A stretch of 64,000 nt of DNA from an uncultured Christensenellaceae bacterium. Lineage in GTDB: Bacteria > Bacillota > Clostridia > Christensenellales > CAG-1252. The DNA lies in contig CAZUET010000001.1 of NCBI GenBank assembly GCA_964619685.1, positions 7,719 through 71,718 of the forward strand, written 5' to 3'. How positions within the stretch are numbered: position 1 is the stretch's first letter; every line of letters starts with the position of its first letter. The position numbers and the translations under genes were made by a program. Of this stretch, positions 10,901 to 18,962 are shown in pieces. A model generated the notes under the pieces. It did not search any database. It saw only the letters and a program-made list of their open reading frames with translations, and had not been told where the DNA came from.

Positions 10901-11191
10901 GTAACACAAAGAAAAATAGACAAACTCACCATACTTAACGGGGATAGAAATATATTTAATTCATCCTCTGTATATGAGATATATGAAGGAGCATCTATCG
11001 CATTAGCGGTAGTGAATGAGTATGATTTTGATACAGCCATTGAGTTATTTGATAGCTTGGGTAATAAGGTAACCTATCCTGAAAGTGTAGGAAACTATAC
11101 CGTTAAGGTCATTTCACTCGACAAGAATTATACAATTATAAACGATACATATACGCTGATAATAAAATCACGAGAAAATCAAAAAGAATAA
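4946..11191 (+). CDS. giant (2081 aa) lipoprotein of unknown function
   Basis: Uninterrupted 6.2 kb ORF. I prefer ATG 4946 (SD GGAGGA 4937-4942) over the track GTG 4922 because it gives the lipobox signal MKRSLLIFSFILILSVTLVFTAC. Asn/Ser/Thr/Asp/Tyr-rich and beta-like; no catalytic or adhesin motif recognised. Confidence 0.8.
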   Translation: MKRSLLIFSFILILSVTLVFTACRTTPPDITVDDDGSMTVAKAIDEIYTAMIHSCTTDGATEGIYVAFSGEKRSTDSELAVNPHATLYDFGAKIYIDSDNLANDTKSIASFTVREENGGSLFSLYYSNGILYIDYPPILNKIAIHGLELGNIVNTLNQSKVHDGKVSEVVELIPILGNYIFTDCKKVVLDKCNDESCNCIDHFQYICTIDFSLVYSALENVLTTADLGIDADMLLGALNLTKGDLNRLSKLNTTVTFEVYNTRGGADYYYFKNACFESLEGTVTNSVALNSFTATEFTEEFSSEYSVPLADNLSTYKHFDFRNFDLSGTVEFDFDRTDSIAELFGSSVATKFTDNTYTSNYSFKSNFTDGEMHFCLSLDNVLNTGNGISLYFDGNNYYIDATALLGETCYYSFDKEYIEDKLEILSLLTEPKSLDGIDKAYLIVSLLDGLKIDKDKTVLEIGGNALELIKSVSGYDFAYNYNRVSFSLDTSNNLFKSLSLALYGDGLTVNLSATTPTVGYEVSVIEPLWIEKCQKWNSINTLTPVISGRIETNITHLNNAELVSSLISSLSGENVTIDGEITDFVAECNFTAKGALDIFKLSFYGSENSLVCSIYYKSSLDMIYVIFPEQNGTNKILSLNLLDSGRYASFLGDINGNALVTSNSSAVLKNDANGLLLSAGRDGANEILSFISRLLPDKGVKELPIDFAVDTFTLSIGNGIRFSTLFAKNKRIDLIIDDITLEHYDLSVKTKELGGHDGRTVSIFDVNDLSNTVTVEMNGKESSTLIINVSDIGGWHCDNVPSLGAGVREVNAYIELLGQRITETVTVDFTDVSEHSVNIPLDYIDYVDNSAKTFIFDGFNSAVDPIKVLSNGFNTIGMTVGTHYINKSVIWTYGGKPIDQAVFTQGSEFRVTPSVIGFFGDALELNSCAYTVKLTDTDIDKIENAESFMDIYAYAIFDPFDTATYSQTDAYVLTKSGKRFKADLLWDTESIHNRSVKVNDILLTDSELVSAMKNRLFSLDGTYEITAYIINSLGVPTELKAMINISDRIINNTRLVGLNDGISIIGDGILLFDQIKIPSIDSNTVIAREVELTFSNGTQSERAVKWEIPVVKNVPLYSTDTISGSISLIVGDDIGGYQSFEYPYVFKNYNITSISLYSGTTAVATENEVGSIVKFELLNNNPYDFSIPDKVVMDYSACTLTVDEKSFDFDASSIIIENIDWNLRSYNDKEIWYRGEHYIYGGVISVADMYIELSISFVKAVVENWSLLDADGNPSNLTDPILTTPTYVEDSKGEYVLVNGRFVIGNETHIGLKYYRIESGIEGLVYYRPIDGDTEYSITIDPNRTHYLCYDSYPSTARVSFKGITDANGQSIYFDLPLNWDLSSLTAVDVASNGYYEKVPVYIPLGQRLADIRLWISSKDPNDYYFVFDSQGEPFLGDVENNEANLFKTKIISVKLLDTDLNGNLVVHNLNDTALLHSLICGCDNNGCMGKLYFEYADANTVNSWFDITEWIGLDDISKLYRQEIAKGVSVNEVSGRISLTAKVGNIICSALTLSIEGSPLVSPSFDGYLPLANSSVNNSTADIYSMTASGTDITVDPYLVNASDSRSYPKKVSFYLDGVKTVARLDGWNCDIFVGKTLYLGVSGQAQAVIQTIFGDIEIPCTVTVSRRVVDSVYIDGVSLRRININAFDDSPFGESIVNENGRVIAYKAVEVKFTDDDRLYYMMLKYDITGMTADCHGGLISSDIDAYIGNDAGGYQLIRGYSVYSVQNTLESITTDNAVVREFIADGKIYSQDKGFASFDGAINDSKANLAWKELVTNVDSLTLTYSYYKDGIKVVKTVNARNDYLSVFAFDFVFDQTVYLKIWNGKDIVGSAPIVSIDCGINKPIMLFKTDLALNGLALSREYDAQYTAGQYLIDNPIESNIVLLDTKTISVKLLDAKGGAVDMDSILTVGDYTLSIVIEDGRFVLSDDGINKLDSIELTVTVTQRKIDKLTILNGDRNIFNSSSVYEIYEGASIALAVVNEYDFDTAIELFDSLGNKVTYPESVGNYTVKVISLDKNYTIINDTYTLIIKSRENQKE

Positions 11192-11209
11192 AAAAACGGA
11201 GAAACAACT

Positions 11210-12064
11210 ATGATCATATTAGACGGAAAAGCAACAGCTCTAAAGGTTAGGAGCGAATTGAAAGCGGAGATTGAGAATAGAAAGCAATTGGATCCAAATT
11301 TTTCATTGACACTTGCTGTAATTTTGGTTGGAGACGATCCTGCAAGTCAAGTTTATGTCAATAATAAGACCAAGGCATGCCAAAAGGCAGGAATCGAATC
11401 GTTAACGATAAGAATGCCTGCGACGGTAAGCGAAAACGAGATAATATCGGAAATAGAAAGATTAAACTTAGACGACACCGTGGACGGAATTTTATTGCAA
11501 TTACCCCTTCCAAAGGGCTTCAATGAGAATAAGATAATTAATCACATCTCTCCACTTAAGGATGTTGACGGATTGACTTATTCGCAACAGGGTAGATTGT
11601 ACGGCGGTAAAAAGCAATTAGCACCATGTACACCGTCTGGCGTGATTAAACTGCTAAAGGAATACGGTATCGAGATATCCGGTAAAAAGGTGGTTGTAAT
11701 AGGTCGCTCGATCTTGGTCGGTAAGCCCCTGTTTGAATTGTTTTTGGATGAGAATGCAACTGTAACCGTTTGCCATTCACGCACGCCAAATATTGCTGAG
11801 TATACACAATCAGCCGACATAATAGCCGTAGCCGTCGGTAAACAAGGCTTGCTAACTGCCGATATGGTCAAAGACGGAGCTGTTATAGTCGATGTGGGTA
11901 TCACAAGAACGGAAAACGGATTAAAGGGTGATGTCGATTTTGATTCAGTTGCACCTAAGGCATCATATATTACCCCTGTGCCGGGCGGAGTAGGACCTAT
12001 GACAATAGCCATGCTTCTCCAAAACACGTTGATTGCACACGATTTGAGAATGTCAAATGAATAA
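11210..12064 (+). CDS. folD: bifunctional methylenetetrahydrofolate dehydrogenase/cyclohydrolase
   Basis: 284 aa: MIILDGKATA..., VILVGDDPASQVYV, GRSILVGKP, PVPGGVGPMT. Canonical FolD. Confidence 0.95.
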   Translation: MIILDGKATALKVRSELKAEIENRKQLDPNFSLTLAVILVGDDPASQVYVNNKTKACQKAGIESLTIRMPATVSENEIISEIERLNLDDTVDGILLQLPLPKGFNENKIINHISPLKDVDGLTYSQQGRLYGGKKQLAPCTPSGVIKLLKEYGIEISGKKVVVIGRSILVGKPLFELFLDENATVTVCHSRTPNIAEYTQSADIIAVAVGKQGLLTADMVKDGAVIVDVGITRTENGLKGDVDFDSVAPKASYITPVPGGVGPMTIAMLLQNTLIAHDLRMSNE

Positions 12065-12596
12065 GGAAGAAAAACAATTAGCGTCTAAATTGATATATGA
12101 AGGGAGAATTCTCGACCTTAGACTTGATAGTGTAGAACTACCCGACGGTAGTGAATCTAAGCGTGAATATGTTTGTCATAACGGAGGTTCTGCCGTTTTG
12201 GCGGTGGATATGGATGAAAACATCTATCTTGTCAGTCAATACAGATATGCATACCGTGAAGAGATACTTGAAATTCCTGCCGGAAAGGTCGAGAAGGGTG
12301 AAGACCCATATTCTACCGCTAAACGAGAATTGGGAGAGGAGACAGGCTTTGTTGTCGATGAATTGATACCATATGGAGTTATTTATCCGACACCGGGTTA
12401 CACCAACGAAAAGCTTTTTATTTATAAAGCGACGGTGGAGCATATGGGAAAGAGTAAATTAGATGACGGAGAGTTTTTAGATGTGGTAAAAATGCCCATA
12501 CAAGAGGCATATAATAAAATTCTTGACGGCGTTATCAAAGACGGAAAGACCGTCTATGCCATCATGAGATATTTTGCCGAAAAGACAAAAATATAA
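12057..12596 (+). CDS. nudF: ADP-ribose pyrophosphatase (NUDIX)
   Basis: 179 aa with Nudix box GKVEKGEDPYSTAKRELGEETG. Collinear with B. subtilis NudF/YqkG. Start overlaps the folD stop by 8 nt. Confidence 0.85.
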   Translation: MNKEEKQLASKLIYEGRILDLRLDSVELPDGSESKREYVCHNGGSAVLAVDMDENIYLVSQYRYAYREEILEIPAGKVEKGEDPYSTAKRELGEETGFVVDELIPYGVIYPTPGYTNEKLFIYKATVEHMGKSKLDDGEFLDVVKMPIQEAYNKILDGVIKDGKTVYAIMRYFAEKTKI

Positions 12597-12613
12597 AATA
12601 TAAGGAGAATCTT

Positions 12614-13528
12614 ATGAAGAAAAAACTGTGTATTATCTTAGTATTAGTATTGTTACTGACACTTGTTTTTGTTGGATGTAGTTCAGGTTCGAATTATTAT
12701 CCCGGTGAAAATCCCACCGGAGGTGATTATTACGGAAAGGATAATGAAGCGTCGGGATATTACGACGGAGCTGATACTTCGGAAAGTGGTGAAGCCTCAC
12801 CCGACCGTAAGATCATTTATACCGCAAGCACAAGATTGACAGTCGAAAATATAAAGGAAGCAAGCTCTGCCGTTAGAGAAAAGCTAAATGCGGATGAATG
12901 GGTAGAATCGTCGTCGATAGAAAGCAGTTATGCTCGCTTTGTTTTTAGAATAAAATCGTCGAGGTTGGAAGCATTTTTGAACGATCTTGAGGGAATAGGC
13001 GAGGTTTCGTCTACTTCAATATCATCGGACGATGTTTCGTTGTCGTATTACAATAATACAGTCCGTAAGGCTACATTAGAAGCGGAGCAAACCAGACTTA
13101 TATCTTTAATAGGTGAAGCATCTGTCAGTGAGATAATAACCATCAATAAGCGACTCAGCGAGATAGAAACCGAACTCAAAAGAATTGAAGGTACACTTAA
13201 AAATTATGACAGTTTGGTGGATTATAGCACCGTAACCGTTAATATTTACACCAAGACAACCGTTCAAAAGGATACATTTGGTTCTAAATTGTTAGAGTCA
13301 ATGGAAGGCGGACTTAGATTTGCAGAAGGCTTGATAATTTTCCTATTAACAGCACTTCCGTTCATAATCGTTATTGGCGGAATAATAGTTTTAGTTATTT
13401 ATCTTGTCAAAAGACATAAGAAGATTAAGAGTGGCGAGCTTGTACCAAAGAGCAAGCGTAAGCAACTCGAAGCAGAACAAAAGGGAAAAGATATCGATAA
13501 AACCCCTTCTCCCGACGATAAAGAATAA
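12614..13528 (+). CDS. DUF4349-like lipoprotein with C-terminal TM anchor
   Basis: 304 aa; SD AAGGAG; lipobox LVFVGCSS; low-complexity linker; RKIIYTAS...coiled-coil; C-terminal TM. The DUF number is from memory. Confidence 0.65.
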   Translation: MKKKLCIILVLVLLLTLVFVGCSSGSNYYPGENPTGGDYYGKDNEASGYYDGADTSESGEASPDRKIIYTASTRLTVENIKEASSAVREKLNADEWVESSSIESSYARFVFRIKSSRLEAFLNDLEGIGEVSSTSISSDDVSLSYYNNTVRKATLEAEQTRLISLIGEASVSEIITINKRLSEIETELKRIEGTLKNYDSLVDYSTVTVNIYTKTTVQKDTFGSKLLESMEGGLRFAEGLIIFLLTALPFIIVIGGIIVLVIYLVKRHKKIKSGELVPKSKRKQLEAEQKGKDIDKTPSPDDKE

Positions 13529-13533
13529 TATAT

Positions 13534-13667
13534 TGTCCGCCGTCATACCGACTTTCGTCCTGTCATATCGGGCGGAGCGTAAGCGTAGTCAAACTGCGAA
13601 GCAGTGCGAGGTGTAACCGAGCAGTATCTTGGACGGGTAACGCCATGCCATTTGGTATCTTGCGGAT
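13534..13667 (+). repeat. modular intergenic repeat, copy A
   Basis: TGTCCGCCGTCATACC / TTTCGTCCTGTCATATCGG / GCGGAGCGTAAGCGTAGTCAAACTGC-GAA-GCAGTGC / GCAGTATCTTGGACGG / TTTGGTATCTTGCGGAT. Same module order as the other copies. Confidence 0.8.
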
Positions 13668-13708
13668 GCTATCCCACCATTATCGATATATAAAAAAAGG
13701 AGCAACCA

Positions 13709-14795
13709 ATGACCGATAATTACAATCTTAAATGCAGATATAATTATAATCGAATGAACGAATCCGAAAAGGAATTATATTTGTTTTTAGTCGAACGCAT
13801 AATGAAGCGTGAGTTAAGGTTTTATTATATATCGATTTATTCATATGAATATCTTTTTATGCCCGAAAACGATGAAGTTGATAGAACATTGCCTGTATTT
13901 ATCTACAATTTTGATAATTATATAGATATTGACAAGGTTTATGACGGACTTATTTGGGATTGGCCCGAGTTGTTCTATATCGCACGAAGCGTATTATCGT
14001 TTGAGCGTGATTTTCTTCTTACTATCGGTGACGGAACTACTGAATATAGCGAAGAAGAGATCGACGCAATAACTGCTCAGCTTAATGAGATATCGCATAA
14101 ATTTGATGGAATAGCTGACGAATTTGAATTAGAGCTTGCAGTCCGTGATTATATTATTGGCGACTATGATTACGATTACGAGTTTTTATCGTACAAAGGA
14201 CAAGAAGAAAGAGAACTATTTACCGTGGTAAGCTTATTGAAACGGCAAAAGGGTGTTTGTGGTGGTATGTCGCTATTGATGCAGTATATTTTACAACAGC
14301 ACGGAATACTCGTTGCCAATATCTATTCTGAAAAAACCGAGGAAGAAGATGCACATGCATGGCTGGTCGTACAAATCAACGGAGATTTTTTATCACATTG
14401 ATCTAACCTTTGATGAGGATTATTCTAAGAGAATAGATGAACCTCAATATATGTATTTCAATGTAACTGACGATGAAATATCCCTTGACCATAACTATAA
14501 AAGAGAAAATTATCCTGATATAAAATGTAATTCAAGAAAGGATAATTATTATGTGAGAAAGGGATTGTATTTTAATGATATCGAAGAAGTTTTTACGGCG
14601 TTGTCAAGATTTATAGAATCCAATCATGCGAAAGAGGGCAATGTTCCGTTTTATTTTAGAATGCAAGACGAACTATCAGCCGATATAATAGAAGAAGCCC
14701 TTCCCGAAATCGCACAAAGCAGAGTAGAGGCCTACGCCTTTTCACACACCATCGACGGATATTTTGCCTTCTTATTAAAATTCACTCAATCCTAA
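13709..14795 (+). pseudogene. transglutaminase-like cysteine-protease-fold protein, split by a +1 frameshift in a T6 run
   Basis: ORFs 13709-14401 and 14313-14795 overlap. Removing one T from the T run 14386-14391 fuses them and restores a Cys...His...Asp core: QKGVCGGMS ... DAHAWLVVQINGDF|YHIDLTFDE. Confidence 0.7.
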
Positions 14796-14925
14796 CTAAA
14801 AACCTTATTGAAGCATACACAACAATAATTCTAAATAAAAATACTATGCATTTGCACGAAATTGTTCTATAACTACAAAATTTATAGGGAAGACCAATTG
14901 GGCATACGGCATAAAACATATAAAA

Positions 14926-14960
14926 ATGCACACCGAGAATCACTCGATGTGCATTTCTTT
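14926..14960. terminator. hairpin between convergent genes (bidirectional terminator candidate)
   Basis: ATGCACA (14926-14932) / TGTGCAT (14948-14954), with an A-run before and a T-rich run after. Confidence 0.5.
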
Positions 14961-14976
14961 GTTTTATCAAACCATT

Positions 14977-15537
14977 TTATTTGGTTTTTAGCATTTCTAC
15001 GATCTGTTCCAATAACTCTACTGTCTTTTGTTGGTTAAGTCTTTGTGCTTCGATCTTTGCTTCTTCTGCTTGCTTAGCTAATTCTTCGGCTGCAGCTGCA
15101 GCTTGTGCTTCAGCTTCTGCTTCTGCCTTTGCCTTTTCTTCAGCTTTGAGTTGAGCTTGTCCTTTCTTTGTGAGCTTTCTCATTCTTTTTTCTAAGCCCT
15201 TTCCTCCCTCTCTTGCAGAGTTGATTGCTTTGACGATTGTAAATAATACTAATGCGGTGAGGAAAAATGTGATAATCGCACTGATTACTGCGCCCCAATC
15301 AAGCACGAGTGCTTCAACTACGATATTACCGGCTTCATCTGTTACTGCAGGTCTTAACATTGTCTGTAAGCCTGTCGTATCATGTATAGGTATCCAGTTG
15401 ATTAATGGCTTGAGAATGCTATCAACTAATGCGGTAACGATAGCGGTGAATGCAGAGCCTATGATCATACCTACGGCGAGGTCGAGAGCACTGCCTTTAC
15501 TGATGAATTTTTTAAATTCATTAAATAGTTTCTTCAT
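14977..15537 (-). CDS. mscL: large-conductance mechanosensitive channel with extended charged C-terminal tail
   Basis: N-terminus MKKLFNEFKKFISKGSALDLAVGMIIGSAFTAIV is canonical MscL. At 186 aa it is long because of a Lys/Ala/Glu-rich tail (KAEEKAKAEAEAEAQAAAAAEELAKQAEEAK...). Confidence 0.9.
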   Translation of the reverse strand: MKKLFNEFKKFISKGSALDLAVGMIIGSAFTAIVTALVDSILKPLINWIPIHDTTGLQTMLRPAVTDEAGNIVVEALVLDWGAVISAIITFFLTALVLFTIVKAINSAREGGKGLEKRMRKLTKKGQAQLKAEEKAKAEAEAEAQAAAAAEELAKQAEEAKIEAQRLNQQKTVELLEQIVEMLKTK

Positions 15538-15567
15538 AATTATCTCCTTATGCTTTTGTATTGATTA

Positions 15568-16155
15568 CTAATAACAAATGATTTCTGTGCAACCTACCGC
15601 TGTTGCGATAGCACCAAAAATGATATAACAAACGCCGCTTGATGCCGAGCTGATCTCACCGATATATAATAAGCAGATTAAAATACCGGTGATAAGGGTG
15701 AAGATACTGAGAACGATACCCAAGGTGTTTCTTCTACTGCTTGTTGCGCAGACGAATTTGATCATCATCAATAGACCATATATAGCGATAAGAGCACCGA
15801 TTATAATGATAAACCAAGGCTCGATTTGTCCGCCGAATATGAGCAATAATATGCCGGCTACGATCAAAACTAATCCGATAAATAGGTTTAAGTAGTGTTT
15901 ATTTTTGTCATCTGCCTTACCGATTAGCTTTTTGAAACTGCCCGATACAAGGAACAAGCCCCAAAGGATAGCGAATATAGATGCAACTGTTAGTGCTGTG
16001 CTAATAATGGTATTTTTTGTAATTATCAGCATTAATCCGACGAATGCAATCAAAAAACCTGCAAAGCGAATAGCCGAATTACTCAACGGCGAATTCTTTG
16101 CCTTTCTCGACGCACTTTTTGGTGTTTCTGTTTTTGTGCTTGACTTTTTAGCCAT
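15568..16155 (-). CDS. multi-pass membrane protein (possibly HdeD/DUF308-like)
   Basis: I prefer ATG 16155 (SD GGAGG) over the track start 16191, which lies in the predicted 5' UTR. Basic N-terminus followed by about 6 hydrophobic helices. 30 nt upstream of mscL on the same strand. Confidence 0.6.
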   Translation of the reverse strand: MAKKSSTKTETPKSASRKAKNSPLSNSAIRFAGFLIAFVGLMLIITKNTIISTALTVASIFAILWGLFLVSGSFKKLIGKADDKNKHYLNLFIGLVLIVAGILLLIFGGQIEPWFIIIIGALIAIYGLLMMIKFVCATSSRRNTLGIVLSIFTLITGILICLLYIGEISSASSGVCYIIFGAIATAVGCTEIICY

Positions 16156-16204
16156 AAATATACCTCCAATTAATAAAAAGTGGACATACATCCTTTTTTT
16201 ATAA

Positions 16205-16233
16205 ATTATACAATAACTCGGTCGGGTTGTAAA
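16205..16233 (-). promoter_or_regulatory. sigma-70-type promoter for the membrane-protein/mscL operon
   Basis: Minus strand TTTACA (16228-16233), 17-nt spacer, TATAAT (16205-16210). Confidence 0.55.
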
Positions 16234-16304
16234 GAGTTATCTTAATTAAAAATTCACTATTTTGACGGATTTTTTATTGATTTATATTATATAAAAATCC
16301 ATTG

Positions 16305-16333
16305 TTGACAAATGCGTCAAGATATTATAAAAT
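16305..16333 (+). promoter_or_regulatory. candidate promoter for the metallophosphoesterase gene
   Basis: TTGACA (16305-16310), 17 nt, TAAAAT (16328-16333). Confidence 0.5.
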
Positions 16334-16371
16334 AAAGGTGATAATAGATAGATTGTCTAATAGGAGAATGA

Positions 16372-17631
16372 ATGACAAAAAATACCGTAAGAGCTAAAAA
16401 TCGTGGTTGCATTATCGCACTTATAGTTATGGTGTCGATATTGGTATTTATCGCACTGTTTGTAGGAGTGATTGCCATTATCAATTCGGTATATTTTGAT
16501 CAAACTATTGATATGATCTCATCTATCGAATCGGTAGGGCATTCGTTAGAGCCTACACTTGACTTGGAAAATAACAGCTGGACCTTTGTAACCGACGACG
16601 ATTTTAAGGTGATGCAATTAACCGATATACATATAGGTGCAGGTGCATTTTCAAGGGAGAGAGATATAAGTGCTATAAATGCGGTCGCAACTCTTGTTCA
16701 AGCGGAAAAACCCGATCTTGTTATCATTAGCGGTGATATGTCATATCCTGTTCCATATCAGTCAGGCACATTGAATAATAAAAGAGAGGCCACCGTTATC
16801 GCTACGCTAATGGAACAATTAGACGTTTATTGGGCTGTCATATTCGGTAATCACGATTCGGAGGCGTATAGCTACTATTCGAGAAAGGATATAAGCGAGT
16901 TTTATAGTGATGATATGTGGGAGCATTGCTTGTATCTCGAGGGTGATCAAAATATTGACGGTTATGGTAATTATTCCATAAATGTAGAGAATTCCTTAGG
17001 ACTTACGACCCATAGCTACATTCTTATGGATTCGCATTCATATACTGACGGTGATATATTCGGTATATTATGGAAATACGATAATATCCACGCTAATCAA
17101 GTCGATTGGTATAAAAACACCATTGAAAAAATAAATAAGTCTAATATGGATGTGTTTAATGCTCTTGGCGAAGATGATAAGGCTTCTTATTTGACAACGC
17201 TCGGTAAGGATAGTTTACCAACCGTGCAGACGAGTGTATTTATCCATATTCCGTTAGTAGAATATCTCGATGCTTGGACGGAATATAAAGAAAACGGATA
17301 TACCGATACCGATAATGTTAAATATATATCGGGTGTAGTGGGCGAGAGTAAAAAACAAATTTACTGTGGTCTTGGCGAAGACGAATTATTTGAGGTCATT
17401 CTCGAGCTTGGAAGCACTAAAAATGTATTTTGCGGACATGATCATCTTAATAACATTACCCTTAATTATAAGGGTATCAATCTAAACTACGGCATGAGTA
17501 TAGATTACCTTGCATATATCGGAATATATAAGCAGACCGAACAGCGTGGGTGCATGATTATTACTACAAAGACAAACGGAGATCTTGAGATTTCTAAAAA
17601 TAAACTGACCGATTATTCGATCGATAAATAA
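16372..17631 (+). CDS. membrane-anchored calcineurin-like metallophosphoesterase
   Basis: 419 aa; N-terminal TM. Motifs DIHIG, GDMSY, GNHD, FIHIPL, GHDH. Confidence 0.85.
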   Translation: MTKNTVRAKNRGCIIALIVMVSILVFIALFVGVIAIINSVYFDQTIDMISSIESVGHSLEPTLDLENNSWTFVTDDDFKVMQLTDIHIGAGAFSRERDISAINAVATLVQAEKPDLVIISGDMSYPVPYQSGTLNNKREATVIATLMEQLDVYWAVIFGNHDSEAYSYYSRKDISEFYSDDMWEHCLYLEGDQNIDGYGNYSINVENSLGLTTHSYILMDSHSYTDGDIFGILWKYDNIHANQVDWYKNTIEKINKSNMDVFNALGEDDKASYLTTLGKDSLPTVQTSVFIHIPLVEYLDAWTEYKENGYTDTDNVKYISGVVGESKKQIYCGLGEDELFEVILELGSTKNVFCGHDHLNNITLNYKGINLNYGMSIDYLAYIGIYKQTEQRGCMIITTKTNGDLEISKNKLTDYSIDK

Positions 17632-17647
17632 AAAAAGGAGAAATGAA

Positions 17648-18652
17648 ATGAAAACAGGCTGTTGTATATTAAAAACAATAGGCATTATCATAGGTGTAAT
17701 TCTTTTAGTGGCTATAGTTGTAGGACTTATTGTTCCTGCTATTGCTTACGCTAAAAATGATCCAGTCAAGACCTTTGAAGGGTTGACCAATAAATATATT
17801 AATTATACCGATAGAATATACATATCTGCACACCGTGCAGGAGGTGACCTTGCTCCCGAAGAAACCATGATGGCTTTTGAAAAGTGCATGGAGGGTGGAA
17901 TTGTCGATGTAGTCGAATTCGATCTTCATATAACTAAGGATGATCAGCTCGTATTGATGCATGACTCTACCGTTAACCGCACATCTAACGCAACCGAAGT
18001 CTTTGGAAGCGAAGAGGTATATGTTATAGATAAAACTCTTGAAGAACTTAAAACCTTGAATTTTGGTGCTAAGTTTGAGGATCTCGAGGGTAATAAGCCG
18101 TATGCAGAGCTTACAGGTGACTCAATTCCCGAGAATATCAAGATTGTAACGCTTGACGAAATTCTTACCTATCTAACAGGTAGAAAGAGCGATCTTCAAT
18201 ATATTATCGAGATTAAAAACGACGGTGAGCCCGGTAAAAAGGCTATGGATATTCTTGCAAGCAAGATGGATAGTTTTGGAATAATCGATCAAACCATCGT
18301 AGGTACATTCAATAAGGACATCACAGAATATATCGATGAAGAATATCCCGAGATTACTCGTTCGGCATCTATAATGGAAGTAGTTGATTTTTATTTTAGT
18401 TATTTATTCGGTGTAAAGAGCAAGAGAACATTCGAGTACAAGTTCGATGTATTACAGATACCAGTAGGTACATTTATTTACGATTTCGGTGCAAGCTCAT
18501 TTATCAACTATGCACATGAAAGAAATATTGCCGTACAGTATTGGACGATTAATGACCCGGACGAGGCACTTCGTTTAAAGGAAAACGGTGCTGACTGTGT
18601 TATGACCGACGATCCTGAAACCATTTACGCAAAGTACCACGAAAGTAAATAG
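17648..18652 (+). CDS. membrane-anchored glycerophosphodiester phosphodiesterase (GDPD family)
   Basis: 334 aa; N-terminal TM; ISAHRAGG..APEETMMAF..., EFDLHITKDDQLVLMHDSTVNRTSN. Confidence 0.85.
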   Translation: MKTGCCILKTIGIIIGVILLVAIVVGLIVPAIAYAKNDPVKTFEGLTNKYINYTDRIYISAHRAGGDLAPEETMMAFEKCMEGGIVDVVEFDLHITKDDQLVLMHDSTVNRTSNATEVFGSEEVYVIDKTLEELKTLNFGAKFEDLEGNKPYAELTGDSIPENIKIVTLDEILTYLTGRKSDLQYIIEIKNDGEPGKKAMDILASKMDSFGIIDQTIVGTFNKDITEYIDEEYPEITRSASIMEVVDFYFSYLFGVKSKRTFEYKFDVLQIPVGTFIYDFGASSFINYAHERNIAVQYWTINDPDEALRLKENGADCVMTDDPETIYAKYHESK

Positions 18653-18732
18653 CCACAAGTAGCGGTCAATAATAAAAACAATATCGATCAATGGTAGAAA
18701 ATAACTATCAATAAGTGAAAAAAAATAATAAA

Positions 18733-18772
18733 AAAATACGGAATAGGATTTTCCTACTTCGTATTTTTTTTG
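18733..18772 (+). terminator. intrinsic terminator after the GDPD gene
   Basis: AAAAAATACGGAATAGGA-tttt-CCTACTTCGTATTTTTTTT imperfect hairpin plus a T-run. Confidence 0.6.
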
Positions 18773-18823
18773 TTTATATTGCACCAATCTTAAATTGGTG
18801 ACCTTGTACTATGTTATAATTTT

Positions 18824-18916
18824 ATCCGCTGTCGTTCCCAGGTGTTGCGGTGAAACCATAGGTCGAACTGCCTAAGCAGTGCAAGATGCAGTTTTGCGGT
18901 AGCTTGGACGGGTAAC
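18824..18916 (+). repeat. modular intergenic repeat, copy B (lacks the last right-hand module)
   Basis: ATCCGCTGTCGTTCCCA ... GTCGAACTGC-CTAA-GCAGTGCAAG...TTGC ... AGCTTGGACGGGTAAC. Lies between convergent genes. Confidence 0.7.
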
Positions 18917-18962
18917 GAAAAGTAACATCAATACTGAATTTATTCCATATAAATAACCTAAA

